From NCBI RefSeq assembly GCF_024521635.1, contig NW_026250416.1, positions 1 to 64,000 on the forward strand: 64,000 nt of DNA, given 5' to 3'. Shown here in pieces: positions 49,440 to 61,037 of the stretch (position 1 is the first letter of the stretch; each line of letters opens with the position of its first letter). Source of the DNA: Tricharina praecox (taxonomy: Eukaryota). A program made the position numbers and the translations under genes. The notes beneath the pieces are model-generated. The model ran no database searches, had not been told where the DNA came from, and saw nothing but the letters and a program-made list of their open reading frames with translations.

Positions 49440-50498
49440 GGTAGGCACCCGGGCCCCTTCGTCTACGCAAAGCTCATGGTACCGGGGCGACGTTGGCCGC
49501 CTATCCGCCGTGATCAAGAAGTCCCTCCGTTACACCCTGCCGTGCCGAGCGTTTCCCGGCCATCCCGACTGCGGGTGGGAACAAGCATTCTGTGGACCCA
49601 TAATTCCGGCAGTGGGGAGCGACGTGCGCATGGATGCGAGCTATGTGATGGGAGAAGGCCGAGGTATCTTTGGCGACGATACCAAGGTCTTTCTTTCTGC
49701 CCTGAAAGTTGGTTGGAGGTGAGAAGAAAATTACCCGCCGCATGGAATAATTCACAGACTTAGTACAGGGCCTCCACCGTGACCTGTGGGCTGCTGGGAG
49801 TCGAGCATCGACCGGTCTCTCACGGTTGCTGTGCAAAAGATCCAAGTCTAGGGATCATGTACAAGGGGTGATTTGATTATAAAAGATACAAAGAGATCTA
49901 CAGCCTATTGTCCGTGGGTTACCAAAAGAACCGAAATATGGATCATGGTTCGTCGCTCGTGGCGACGCCATCCATCGATATCAAACTTCCCTCAGACAAA
50001 GACCTCCGAAAGGGCCCACAGCTTTCGGGCCAGGGTCGGATCGCCAGCATGCACCATGGGCTTCTTAACCCCGCAATCGACGAGAGACCCACCATTCCGG
50101 CAGGTCATTCTGGGGTCGAATGCAGCGATGATATGCGTCGCCACCCCCTGCTGCAGTGTCTTTTGCATTACTGGGGGGTATTGTATCTCTGGTAAGGTGG
50201 ACATCAGTTCTGTTTCTTGGCCAAATGGGGTGTTAACTCACTCAGCGCAATCAACTCGTCCGTCGGGACACATCGCTACAAGCCGGTTACAATACTTTCG
50301 GATGCACAGAGAACCGCAAAGACCCTGTGGTCCGAGTTTCTCGGCCAGAGCTACGGAGAAGAGGATGTTAGCGGCCTCGAACTGACCGTAGGCGTCCAAC
50401 TTGTCGTGTTTTGCACCGTGCTACGGTGGTTAGATATCAGAACAGGGAAGGCAAGCTGTGCCACCAACTTACCTCGAAGTCTACATCTTCGAATCTAA
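49440..50498 (+). pseudogene. Possible decayed, intron-containing gene of unknown family
   Basis: Protein-like frames joined by intron-like segments (GTGAGA...TAG near 49719; GTAAGG...TTAAC...CAG near 50192-50245), with an in-frame TGA at about 49869 (IMYKG*FDYKRYKEIY). Confidence 0.3.
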
Positions 50499-51742
50499 TC
50501 CCACCAATCAAACTTGACAACTCGCTTCTCTCCCTCTCCCAACGGAAGCTTTGGCAGGATGCGGTTGACGAATGAAAAGTGACCTAAATGGTTCGCATTG
50601 AGAAGATGGTTGGTGGGGGCACCCACATGAACGTTTTCATGCGACCTTGCTTACATGATCTAGGTACCATGTTTCATTCACCAGGTATCACTCATTCAAC
50701 AGAATGTTCGCACTCAGCCTCAACATTTTGGTGGTTCTGCAGCCAATCATATTTTGCCAGCGCGTTTTCTCGGGAGGAGAGAATATGCAGAGTACTTACC
50801 TTGGCCGGAGACCAGTCCGTCGTGAGGGGAAACAGCGGGTGCTCGGTCCTCTTTGCGAATGACTCCTCTACTTAGAGCATGCCACGCCCACATCTGCAGC
50901 GCTTGCCTAGGCAGACCCTGCGGACCTGATCTCTACGGGCGAGGTGTAGAGTACTAATAGGCGTGCCGATTCCTTATTCCGATACATGTACCCCTGCCAA
51001 TGTGCGGACTCTGGGGAATCGAAATGTGGAGCAGAGTATATACACTTGACCACTGCAGTCGACTGGCAGCCCCGCTGCCGCTGGAGTATGATCGTTACAC
51101 AAGCGGATAGGTCCGCATTAAAATGTGCCGGAAGCTCATTCTTATCCCATCGATTGATTTGATAGCTCGGCGACGTAATGGTGCACAGTGTACCTCGAAG
51201 CACGGTGTACCCGACAATGAATGGTTGCCATAGTCTACTACATAATATGGCCGTATGCAACAACAAATTGATTCTCTCTCTCTCACCGGACAACGGAATA
51301 TGGGTAATGACATTTAAGATTATTTATTTAGCACAGAACATTTACTTTGATTTGTGGCTTGATGTGGTGTTAAGGTTGTGGACGACCTGATGCTGACATG
51401 CACAGTCAGTACCTTAAACTCCAAGGATAGCGGTGTCTCCATGATCACAAGAAGATGATGATCATGCAGCCGTCAGTGGCAGTGCAGCTGTTCTGGGGTA
51501 GTGCAGCTGTTTTGGGGCTGTGGAAGCCATAAATGTGCAGTCCCACACATTGAGCGAGCTCGGCGGCCCAGAGTCTAAAACAGGGGCATGGTGCATCGTG
51601 TGGAATGCAAATGTATAAATATGAACTACCGGGGCCTGCTGTCATAGTTCCACAGGTAATCCTTCCGACATATGTTCGTTTGTTCCCTTTCTAGTATCTC
51701 CTCCTATTCGAAACATTCAACTCCTACAAATCTCTCGAAATT

Positions 51743-53959
51743 ATGATTGAGCTTCCGATACCCTTCCAATCCTACATCAATGCTCAAATTAGCCAAAGCC
51801 GCGACAGCGGAATCGCGCAAGCCTTACTTCTGCAGCCTGCGGCCTCCCATTACTGGAGCGGGGGATCGTGGTCTCCCGGGTGCGCCGGCGGACGCAACTA
51901 CGCTGAGATTTCCAAGTCCATTATCGACGAATTCAACGCCTTTTTCCCGTGCGATGTCGACTTCTTACCAGGTCATAGCCTACAAGGCAAAACTCCGGAC
52001 CCACCGCCGGCTAGCTTAAACATTCCCATCACAGCTCGCCCCAGGGAGGGCAGATTTGCCGATGCAGATAAAGACGATGCGTATCCGTGCCCATTGTATA
52101 GGAAGATGAAGGCGACAAACCGGCTCAAGAAAACCCACATCTGTCAAAACCTTAACTTTACCGGGAAGCAGCAGCAGCTGTAAGCGCTTGGCCTTGCTAT
52201 ATTGTCTACTCACACTTAGTATCTTAAGCTCTAACAATCACCTGGTGACTAGAAAGCATCTGCGTGAGCAGCACATTTCAGACTTGTGCCCCTTTTGCGA
52301 AGACAGGCTGGAGTCGCAACCGGAATGGGTGGACACTGTGGACCTGGGAAACATATGCTTTGAGGGGTCCGCAGCGCTGCGGTTGGTTGCTACTTAATCC
52401 GATTGATGATGGACTTTGCTGAATTGGAAAACCTCAGGGCACATCTCCTAGCTGGACACCTAGCTCCGTATGTCTGCTGTGGTAAGCGGTTCGGCGCCGC
52501 CGCCAAGTTCAATAAACACCTAGAGATGGTCCACTCTTATAAGAAAGAGCAGATAAGCTTCCTTCGTAAGATGAAATCCAATCACAGCCCCGAAATGGCG
52601 TGTCTTGTGGAGCATCTGGGAGGGTCCCGTAGCAAGGGCGATTTCAAATCTCATCTATATAAGGATAGCAGGAAAGTGTACGATTTGCGAGATATCCCTC
52701 CAACCGATAGTAAGTGTCCCTAGCCCCCGAACTGTGTCACCATGGCACACGGGATAGAAATTCCGGCTTCCGAAGGCCTTGTTAACAATCAGTTGTAGGA
52801 CTCAAGGAGTCATGTCTGGACTACCCACCGGCAAAGTCGAAGCGTTACCTCGAGCAGGTGGCTCTCTGTCCAGCCGAGACCCCCGGCCAGACGACTGAGA
52901 GCACCGGTCTTCAGCGGGGATCACCAATACTGCCAGTGAAAATGAGCCTACCGCGCCTTGCGCGTACCTTTTCACCTGCCACAATCCTCCCCGAGAATAC
53001 GCACGCACCATCTGCATCTAGGTCTCTAGCCGACACCAGAACAACGGATGAACATGTATCAAACGGCAATCCACTCACGAAATCGGATCTTCCATGGAGC
53101 CTGACGGACGCCGTTTCACTCGCTACTGTTTCCTCGAAGCATGCAGATTTCCCGCTAGTATTGGGGATGGTAGACAGGGTGGCAGGAGAATATATACCCG
53201 ATGGTCACCAACTCCCGTCATTACATCATCCATGGATCCCAACGGAAACCATTTCGCCTGCCATCGTGTCTTCGGAGTCTGCACATTTCCAGCCGGCTTC
53301 TGGGTTTCAGGCCGGCGACATGATAGATGAACATGCACATGAGGACTATCCACTCACGGCCTCAGATGTCATTCCGAGCCGCACGAGCATCGTGCCTCCC
53401 ACTATTTTCCCCCCAGCGCATGCGCAGATCCCACCGGCAAACGAGTTTGTGCACAACGCCAGGATAACAGAGGCATATGAATTCGATGGTTACCCGTATC
53501 CAACATGGAATTCAAATATCGAATACAATGACGTCGATTATTTTCCCCATCGACGGCCAACGATGGACGGGGGGGACGCCCTTGGAGATGCCATATCATC
53601 AGTGGGCTTTATGGTGTTGTATAACTACTTGGAGGATCCAAGCCTGGATGTCAACAAGCTGGACCTAGCGATACCCAAGCTTGGAAACCCGATCATACCT
53701 TGGGAAGGTGTTGAACTCAACCATGACGACGATCGAATGTCGGAACCACCACAATGTACGTCTAAATAATGTTTGGTGAACAGAGCGATGAGATATAGTG
53801 ACTGACAAGGCTTCAGTGATCTTTGATGACGGTAAAATGGAGCTGGACGAACTCCCTTTCATCTCTGGTGAAGACGGTGCTGTCGGCGCGAGTGGCCTTG
53901 TGCCCACCAGTCTCTTTAGTTCTATGGAGGAGGAGGAGGACATTTGGTGGATTAACTGA
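51743..53959 (+). CDS. Divergent C2H2-like zinc-finger protein, putative transcription factor, ~647 aa; exons 51743-52179, 52253-52381, 52438-52709, 52793(or 52799)-53755, 53817-53959
   Basis: Spliced product carries YPCPLY..HIC..F..LKHLREQH, CPFC..ICF..LRAHLLAGH and YVCCGKRF..FNKHLEMVH; acidic/aromatic C-terminus (EEEEDIWWIN*); four GT-AG introns keep the frame; TATAAAT about 130 bp upstream. Confidence 0.78.
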
Positions 53960-54175
53960 CCCGATCTTTCGGGAATTGGGAGTGCTCTCACTTCGATGTT
54001 TTCGAGTGGATTATCTATACATGCAATCGCCGGCTATTAGGGTATTCGTAGAGATGCTGGGGGACTGATGTTTGGATATATATGGCTGTAAGATGGAGGT
54101 CGTGCGGTGTGCATGTATCTAGGGTGGCATACCGATTTTGATAGGCCTGTGGATTTGAGGATCGACTATATCTGA

Positions 54176-54282
54176 AAACGACAAAGACAACAACGACAAC
54201 AACAACGATAACGAAGATAACGAATATAACGAAGACAACGACAACGAAAATGACGGCAATGACGACAACGACGATGGTGATG
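54176..54282. repeat. Degenerate AAC/GAC trinucleotide low-complexity tract
   Basis: Directly visible. Confidence 0.75.
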
Positions 54283-56203
54283 TGATCCTGTGTATACCGA
54301 GAGACCTGTTAGTTACCAGGAGGATTAAGCGGATGAAGGCTACATGTAGCTAGAATTAAACTGGTTTTATTGTAGAACGAGGCCGTGCTTCATGGGGGTG
54401 ATGCGAAGAGAAGGTGAAGGTACATTATACATACAGTGGCAAAAAGTGGGGTGCGATTGATGCGGAAGGTCTCCAGTAGTACTACCGCTCGGATTTGAAT
54501 CCAGCAGTCTCAGAGAATACAGATTTACTTTGGAATTATTTTCCCCCCTAGTCTCAATTCTACAGTATCGAAATAATTTTTCGCAGTGTTGTAAAGATAC
54601 GCTTACCAAAAAGCCGGAAGGACTACCGCAATTCTTCCGAATACAAAATATTACGCACTGTCCGGAATACCAGAGAACTACCATAGAACTAGCCAATTCG
54701 CACAACAACGTAGTGCAGAGAAACCGTTGTCATGCTACTCAAGAAGTTCATAGACTGTAGTAAAACTATGACGACAAGAGTCCTACAGAAGAAATGCCGT
54801 GCTGAGCAGAATTCCCTGGTCACTGAATCCGGTATGCATACGGTAGGAAATCTCTAGTTTCAAGAATACGTACTGTGAGTAAGTCGTGCTGTACACAAGC
54901 ATACATTTGCGACAATCTTGTTACCGTTTACACATAGATTTCATTTTTCGCTTGGTTCAATTGATTACTGTGGCTTCAAACGCCTCTTTGGGATACCGTA
55001 GCGGTGGAAGTCAGTGCGAGGGTGGTGGGCGTGACGGTGAGCGGTAGTGAGCGGCAACATCTCATGATGCACACTCGCCGCCGTTCCACCACGCCGAGCT
55101 CGAGTAAGTTGGTTCTGCGTCCAAAAAGTCTAAAGATGTGGACGATATGATTTTCACTCTGCTTCATCATATGTCCTCACATCAAATTCACGTAAACTAC
55201 ATACCTATGGCGACATGTGAACGATATGAAACCCCACCAATCGGTCCAGGATGAGGGCGGGCGAGTGATTGGACATGGTGCCGCTTTCCCCACCGACAGT
55301 TTGCCCTTTGGAGTTTTTGTTGGCAGCGGATAGCTGCTTTATACTGTATCTCAAACCCTTCCTCGAAGGCGAGAAGTGTAGTTGACAAATCTGTGTGGGC
55401 AACGGGGAATCCTTTCCGACATGTTGAGGAGCGCTGCCTTTTTCGACCCTCCCCGGCCGCTCGGCGCACTCTTCCGGGCATTTATATATCACCCTTTCTA
55501 CTATTTGAATCGTCAAGAAATCCCACTGGCTCTTGGGGTACAGGCAGGGAAACAGACCACGGAGAGAAGAAGAAAGAGACGAAGTGAGTGTACTTGTACC
55601 GTACTCCACTCGCAATCACACACATTGGCCCTAAGCTAGCAACCGACATTCGAACTCAGCCGCTACCCTACCTATTCTAAAATACTATTCTAAAGTACTC
55701 GTATGAGGCATCATATGTACTGTGGAGATGGGGAGAAAGAGAACATCAATTCATTTCGCATACAGCCTGTGGAGTCTATGGCGAACCCTTACCTAGAGGA
55801 GATGTACGCGATCTTATCTACCTGATCTTATCACGCGAGTGACATAACGTGCGACCGTAACCCAAACACCATGTCGCATCAAGGCGTGAATGATTACTTT
55901 TAAATTGTCGATTTTATGCGTGGTGATCATTAACTGCTCCTTGGAACATGGACTTGGGTAAGTGAGTAAGCAAGCACCAGCCGCAGTCTCTCGCCCGACC
56001 CTTACATTCTTAGGCTACCACTTGTTGTGGTAGCACGTACCCGCCACAGCACAAACGACCCTGTAATTAAACAGAGGTCTCAGCTCTTCGTTCCTTCCAC
56101 CAAACTCCCTCTTTCCTTTCCCTTCCTTTTACTTGCATTTACTTCATCTCGACCCGACCATCAGTTTACCCCTTCGTCTGCGTATAAACTTGCTTCGCTC
56201 GCT

Positions 56204-57409
56204 ATGCCGTCGTTCACTACCTTCCTCAAAGCCGCGCTTCTGGCGTTCTCGATCGCCGCAAACGCCCAGGGTACACCTGGAACTCTCGGATTCGCATTGG
56301 GAATCCACAAGATAAATGTCCGAACCCCCCACAGTCGCGTACAATCTACAGATATCGGTTATCGTAGGCGGGATCCACATAGCAGCGGTTGTGACGTGTA
56401 GGGTGTGGAGGGGGTGGAGTGGAGTGGCATGGTTCATCTCGAATGACTAGCTGACAACGACGCGTGGCTTTTTAGGACGAAACCTGCAAAACCACCGAAG
56501 ACTTCGTCGCGGACCTCAAGTTGATCAAGGAGAAGACCGGGTCTTCCGTCGTGCGCATCTACACCACGTCGCAATGCGAGGCGTTCAAGACGTTGATGCC
56601 GGCGCTCAAGGAGACGGGATCCACGGCTGTCGTAGGCCTCTGGGCTACCCCCCCGGATCACTTCCTTAAGGAAATCGCCGCCCTTACCGGGGATCTGAAG
56701 GAGTACGCCGACCAGGTCGTCGGTATCACCGTCGGCTCCGAGCATCTGTACCGCAAGGAATTGACGGGTCAGGAGTTGGCGGACTTGATCAAGAAGGTCC
56801 AGGGTGAGGTTAAGACGTTGGGACTCGACACACCTGTGGGATTCGCCGACAGCTGGAACTTGATGGCCGATGGCTCTGCGAACCCTGCTATCAAACAGAG
56901 CGACATCATGTGAGTCCTCCTTGCTGCTGCTGCTTTATTTCAGGCCCTAACAAAACGTCCTCAGCCTCGCCAACGCCTTTTCCTACTGGCAAGGCAGCAA
57001 GATCACCAATTCCACCCAGATGCTCTTCGACGACATCATGCAGGCTCTGCAGCACGTCCAGGACGTCAAGGGCACCATCGATATTCCCTTCTGGGTCGGC
57101 GAGACCAACTGGCCGACCGGCGGCAAGAACTTCGAAGACGCTGTTCCCAACAAGGACAACGCCGAGACCTACTGGTACAGTGCTGTCTGCGGCATGCTCG
57201 GATGGGGTGTCAACACCTTCGTCTTCGAGGCTTTCGATGAGGTTAGTTGACTTTACTTGACGTGAGCCGTTTAGAACTGGGCTAACCTACATACTACGCA
57301 GCCCTGGAAGCCTGCCGAGAAGAACAACGACGTCGAACAGCACTGGGGTGTTATGACGGTCGACGGAGAGCCCAAGTGGGACCTGGTTTGCCCTAAGCCC
57401 AGTAACTAA
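56204..57409 (+). CDS. BGL2: GH17 beta-1,3-glucanase/glucanosyltransferase (Bgl2/Bgt1-like), 310 aa; exons 56204-56317, 56476-56909, 56965-57241, 57302-57409
   Basis: Signal peptide; LGFALG, TCKTTEDF, TVGSEHLYR (acid/base Glu), ANAFSYWQG, WVGETNWPT (nucleophile Glu), FEAFDEPWK, EQHWGV. Confidence 0.95.
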
Positions 57410-58005
57410 GAATGTGTTTGAAGTGGGGGAAGATCTCTGTCTCTAAGTGGGTCGCATAATTGGTGTTTTGTTCCTTTCGTGGCATGGAGATCGTTTTGAA
57501 GCAATACGCATTCGTTTATCGTCATGTATTTGGAAAGGGAAGCGGGATGGTGATGTGATCTGAAACGGCGTCTGGGGCGGAGGTGCAAACAAGCTCAAAT
57601 TCATGGTGATCATCAAAGTACATGAGAGGTCTAGATATGCTTTCACGTTTCTAGCTGAACTAAATGACTGCATCGCCTCACATATGAAAAGTATGTTTTA
57701 GTTACACATCCAACATATCTGACGAAAGCCCGATCACCGAGCAAATACTAGTTACGGCCCGTCCTAGTTCTGATACCCAAACACTGCCGTCAATTCGTAA
57801 ACAATCGGAAGCAAAGAGCCTCATCTATCTAGCCATGTACTTAAGAGGTATGATATGTATGACGAATGTAAGTGAATCCCAAAGACGCTAATCGCAATGT
57901 ACAAAACACTCAAGAACCAAGAACCAAGCACAGACACGCAAGCCATACAATACAGCCGACATACCAAGTAACTTATTCACCAACTCCCAAAAAAAGTGTA
58001 AGCAT

Positions 58006-61000
58006 CTATTGACAAACACCCCTCACTCCCTCCAGCATGACGCCACCGACGACTCCCCTCGCCATCCCGTTCATCTGCAGAGCGTCGAACACACCCGCCA
58101 ACGCCTCCTCGCTGGCAACGGCGCCCATAACGCTCCGCAGAGCCTCGGGCACACCCCGCTGCATCAGGAGCCTCCTCGCCTTCTCCCTGAGCTCTGCGCC
58201 CTTGAAGCCCTTGTCAACCCACTTGGCAGTCTCCTCAGGTGTGGGAAAGACGTTCTCGCGGATCTGGCGGATGAGCGCGGCGACCGCCTCGTCAGAGGTG
58301 TTGGCGTCGATCACGGTCTCTTGTATTATGACCCTGATGTTCTCGAGGGATGCGTTACCGGGGCGCAGGAGGATGGACTTTGCGACGTTCAGAAGCGAGC
58401 GCCGTAGAGTCCAGGCTGATGAAAGCGTGTATAGCTCGGACAAGACGGCAAAGACGATGTCGACGATGAACTGCGTTTCCTGGGTGGTTAGGGGTTCCAC
58501 CGATTTCTTTTCTTGTGGACGTGGAGAAGGTGGTGTGTGCGCCGGTGGTGGTGACGTCGAATCAGACTCCGGGATTGGCGGGAAGGGAGTGCCGGGCTTG
58601 AGGCCGTCGAAGTCATCGGGCATGTCACATGGAGGCGGAGGAAGAGACATTACAGAAATGCTGTCGCCTTCCTCCGAGGCGGGGAGCTGGAGCTGAACGT
58701 AGCCCGAGCTGTCACGGAAGCTGGTTGCCCTCTCACGGATGCTGGCTGACCGCCGCGAATCGGATGGGTGCACGGAGGATGCTCGGGAGGAAGGCGCTGT
58801 ATAGCCATTTCTGCGAGGTTCTTCCATGACCGAAGCGGCCCGCGATCGTGATTGCGGGTAATCGAACGTGAGCTCCCCGAAAGGATCGGTCGGCTGTCTC
58901 TTCAAGTTGGCCGGTGGTGCCGAACCCCCATCGTCCCGATTTGCAACGGCGAATGCCTTCTTCATCCCACCAAACAGGCCCTTTCCCCCCTCCGCGACTC
59001 CCTGGGGCGCTTTGGACAGTACGTTGAGTGCTCCCTGGCCCATCTTTGCGAACGCAGCGGGATTGGGCCAACCCTTGCCGATGCCGAAACCAGTCTTCCC
59101 CGGAGTCGCACTGGCGTCTTTCTCCAAAAATCTCTTCATGCCCTCACATTCTGCCATTCCACGCTCGTGAAGAGCGTCATTCAAATATCCCTCCAAGTTG
59201 AGTCGTAGCGTACCAAGTGTTTCTCCACGCCAGGTCGGCAACTCGGCATGGTGTCTCCGGAATGTGTCGGCTCCACTGATCGCAGCGATACGTTTGAGCA
59301 CCTCGTGGAGTTCCTCGAAGTCGGGGAACTTCCGTACCACTACCCAGCCCGGCATCGATGGAGACGCAGGTTCGATCTCCAGCAGATATTCGGCTGTTGT
59401 TGGTTTAGCCTGTAGTGACTTTTCGTTTGGGTTCATCGAATACGGGTTGGCAACTGGAGGCTGGGAAAGATTCGAGAGGGAGATGTGAGCTCGGTGGAGT
59501 GTATTCGGATTGTATCCAAACTGGTCATTTGATGTGAAAGAGTCTCTGGTGGATCGCCGAGACCGTGGAGCTGGTGTAGGTGCAGGCACGGGTTCCACTG
59601 GGCCCCAGCCGTCCTCCGCATTTGCACTGTACTCATCGATATATCCTTCCGCACTGTTCTCGTTCCCGTTTACCCGCTCGTTGTCGCTCATTTCTCCACT
59701 TGGTCGCTTCCGTTCGCGCTCCTCTTCCACGATCATCCGGTTCATCTCCTTTGCCTCCTCCAAGGCTTTTGACATCTCCTCCTCTGCCCGGCTGACCCTC
59801 TTCGACTTGTCTATTTGACTGCTCTGGCTGGCGGCGGCGGTGGCTTCGCCAATATCGATCTTCTGGAGAACCTCTGGTTGCGTCTCTTCCTCGAGGAGGT
59901 AGACAAGCCAGTTGTTGATCCAATCCGGTTGTGAACATTTATCCACTGTCATCTCGAGCACCAGTCCAGCCAATATTTCTGTCAGGAAAACTCGCACAGG
60001 CTCGCACTGCAGGACATCTTTGCCGACGAAACTCCGCAGCACATCGTCGGCTGCCATACGCAACTTTCGTTTCTGCAGATCGCGATCAAGCATTTGTGCT
60101 AGCGCCGATCCGGGAGTGTTTGCTAGATAGGTCCTAACCGTGGATGACTGCGCTTCAGCCAGCTCGCGGAGGAAGACAATAAACGTATTACTCGCCGACA
60201 TCAGGAATAATAGGAACGTATCCGCGCCGCGCTTGCCGGCGATGCGATTGTACATTGTGAGAAGCGAGCTAACGAGAACATTGCGGACCGAGTTGGGAAA
60301 ATTGTCGTCGTTGGGGAGGATGGGAGTATACCACCATCTGCAGATCCGGTCAGCAAATCGTGAATAGTAGCAGTAGCAGTTGGAGCGCAAAAGGATACCG
60401 AACGTAATCTCGTACAACCGCATCCGCGAACTCTTCCATTGCTTTTGCTGTTTCTGGAGGGAGCGACGAAAAATCCATTCTCGTCGTCTGGAGATGTATT
60501 AGCGTTACCCCCCGACTGGTTAAAACCTTCAGATGCGCAAACCTTCGTGACCACCACCCCATTCCCCTCCTCTTCGTTTTCGCCGGCGGCAGCTTTCCGC
60601 GCATCCCACCAGTCGTGTAGATCTAGACTGAACACGCTTCCCTCCTTCTTTGCATGCTTCAAGCTCAAGCTGGCATGTCCGACCGCGCCGGCGACGATGC
60701 CGACAAACAGCAATCCAAGCTTCCCAAGGACAATGTACAACACAGCCACGCCGCCAATGGACACGGCGATTAACTGTTCGGACGACGCGGTCGACAAGAA
60801 TTCCACCGCCTTGGTTGTGATATCGGCCAACGAGATGGCGAACGGCGGCGGCGAGGCGACATGCTGTGGCGCTTCAGGTGTCGCCCCCTTGCTTTCTTCG
60901 TCGGCCGACGGACCGGTGATGGATATCGACGGCGACGGCGACGCGGGCGTGGACGGTCCTTCGTTCGACGATTGGGACGCTGCCGAAGGAGGCGGAGATG

Positions 61001-61037
61001 TGGTGGTGATCGTAGGTCGGTCGTCGTCTTCTGTCAT
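58006..61037 (-). CDS. Membrane-anchored PXA-PX-PXC (Nexin_C) sorting-nexin-like protein, 971 aa; exons 61037-60543, 60487-60399, 60337-58006
   Basis: N-terminal hydrophobic hairpin; PXA start VVRDYVRWWYTPI...F; PX motif GWVVVRKFPDFEELHEVL...LEGYLN...MKRFLE; C-terminal ELYTLSSAWTLRR...LRSVMGAVAS...VFDALQ; two canonical introns. Confidence 0.92.
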
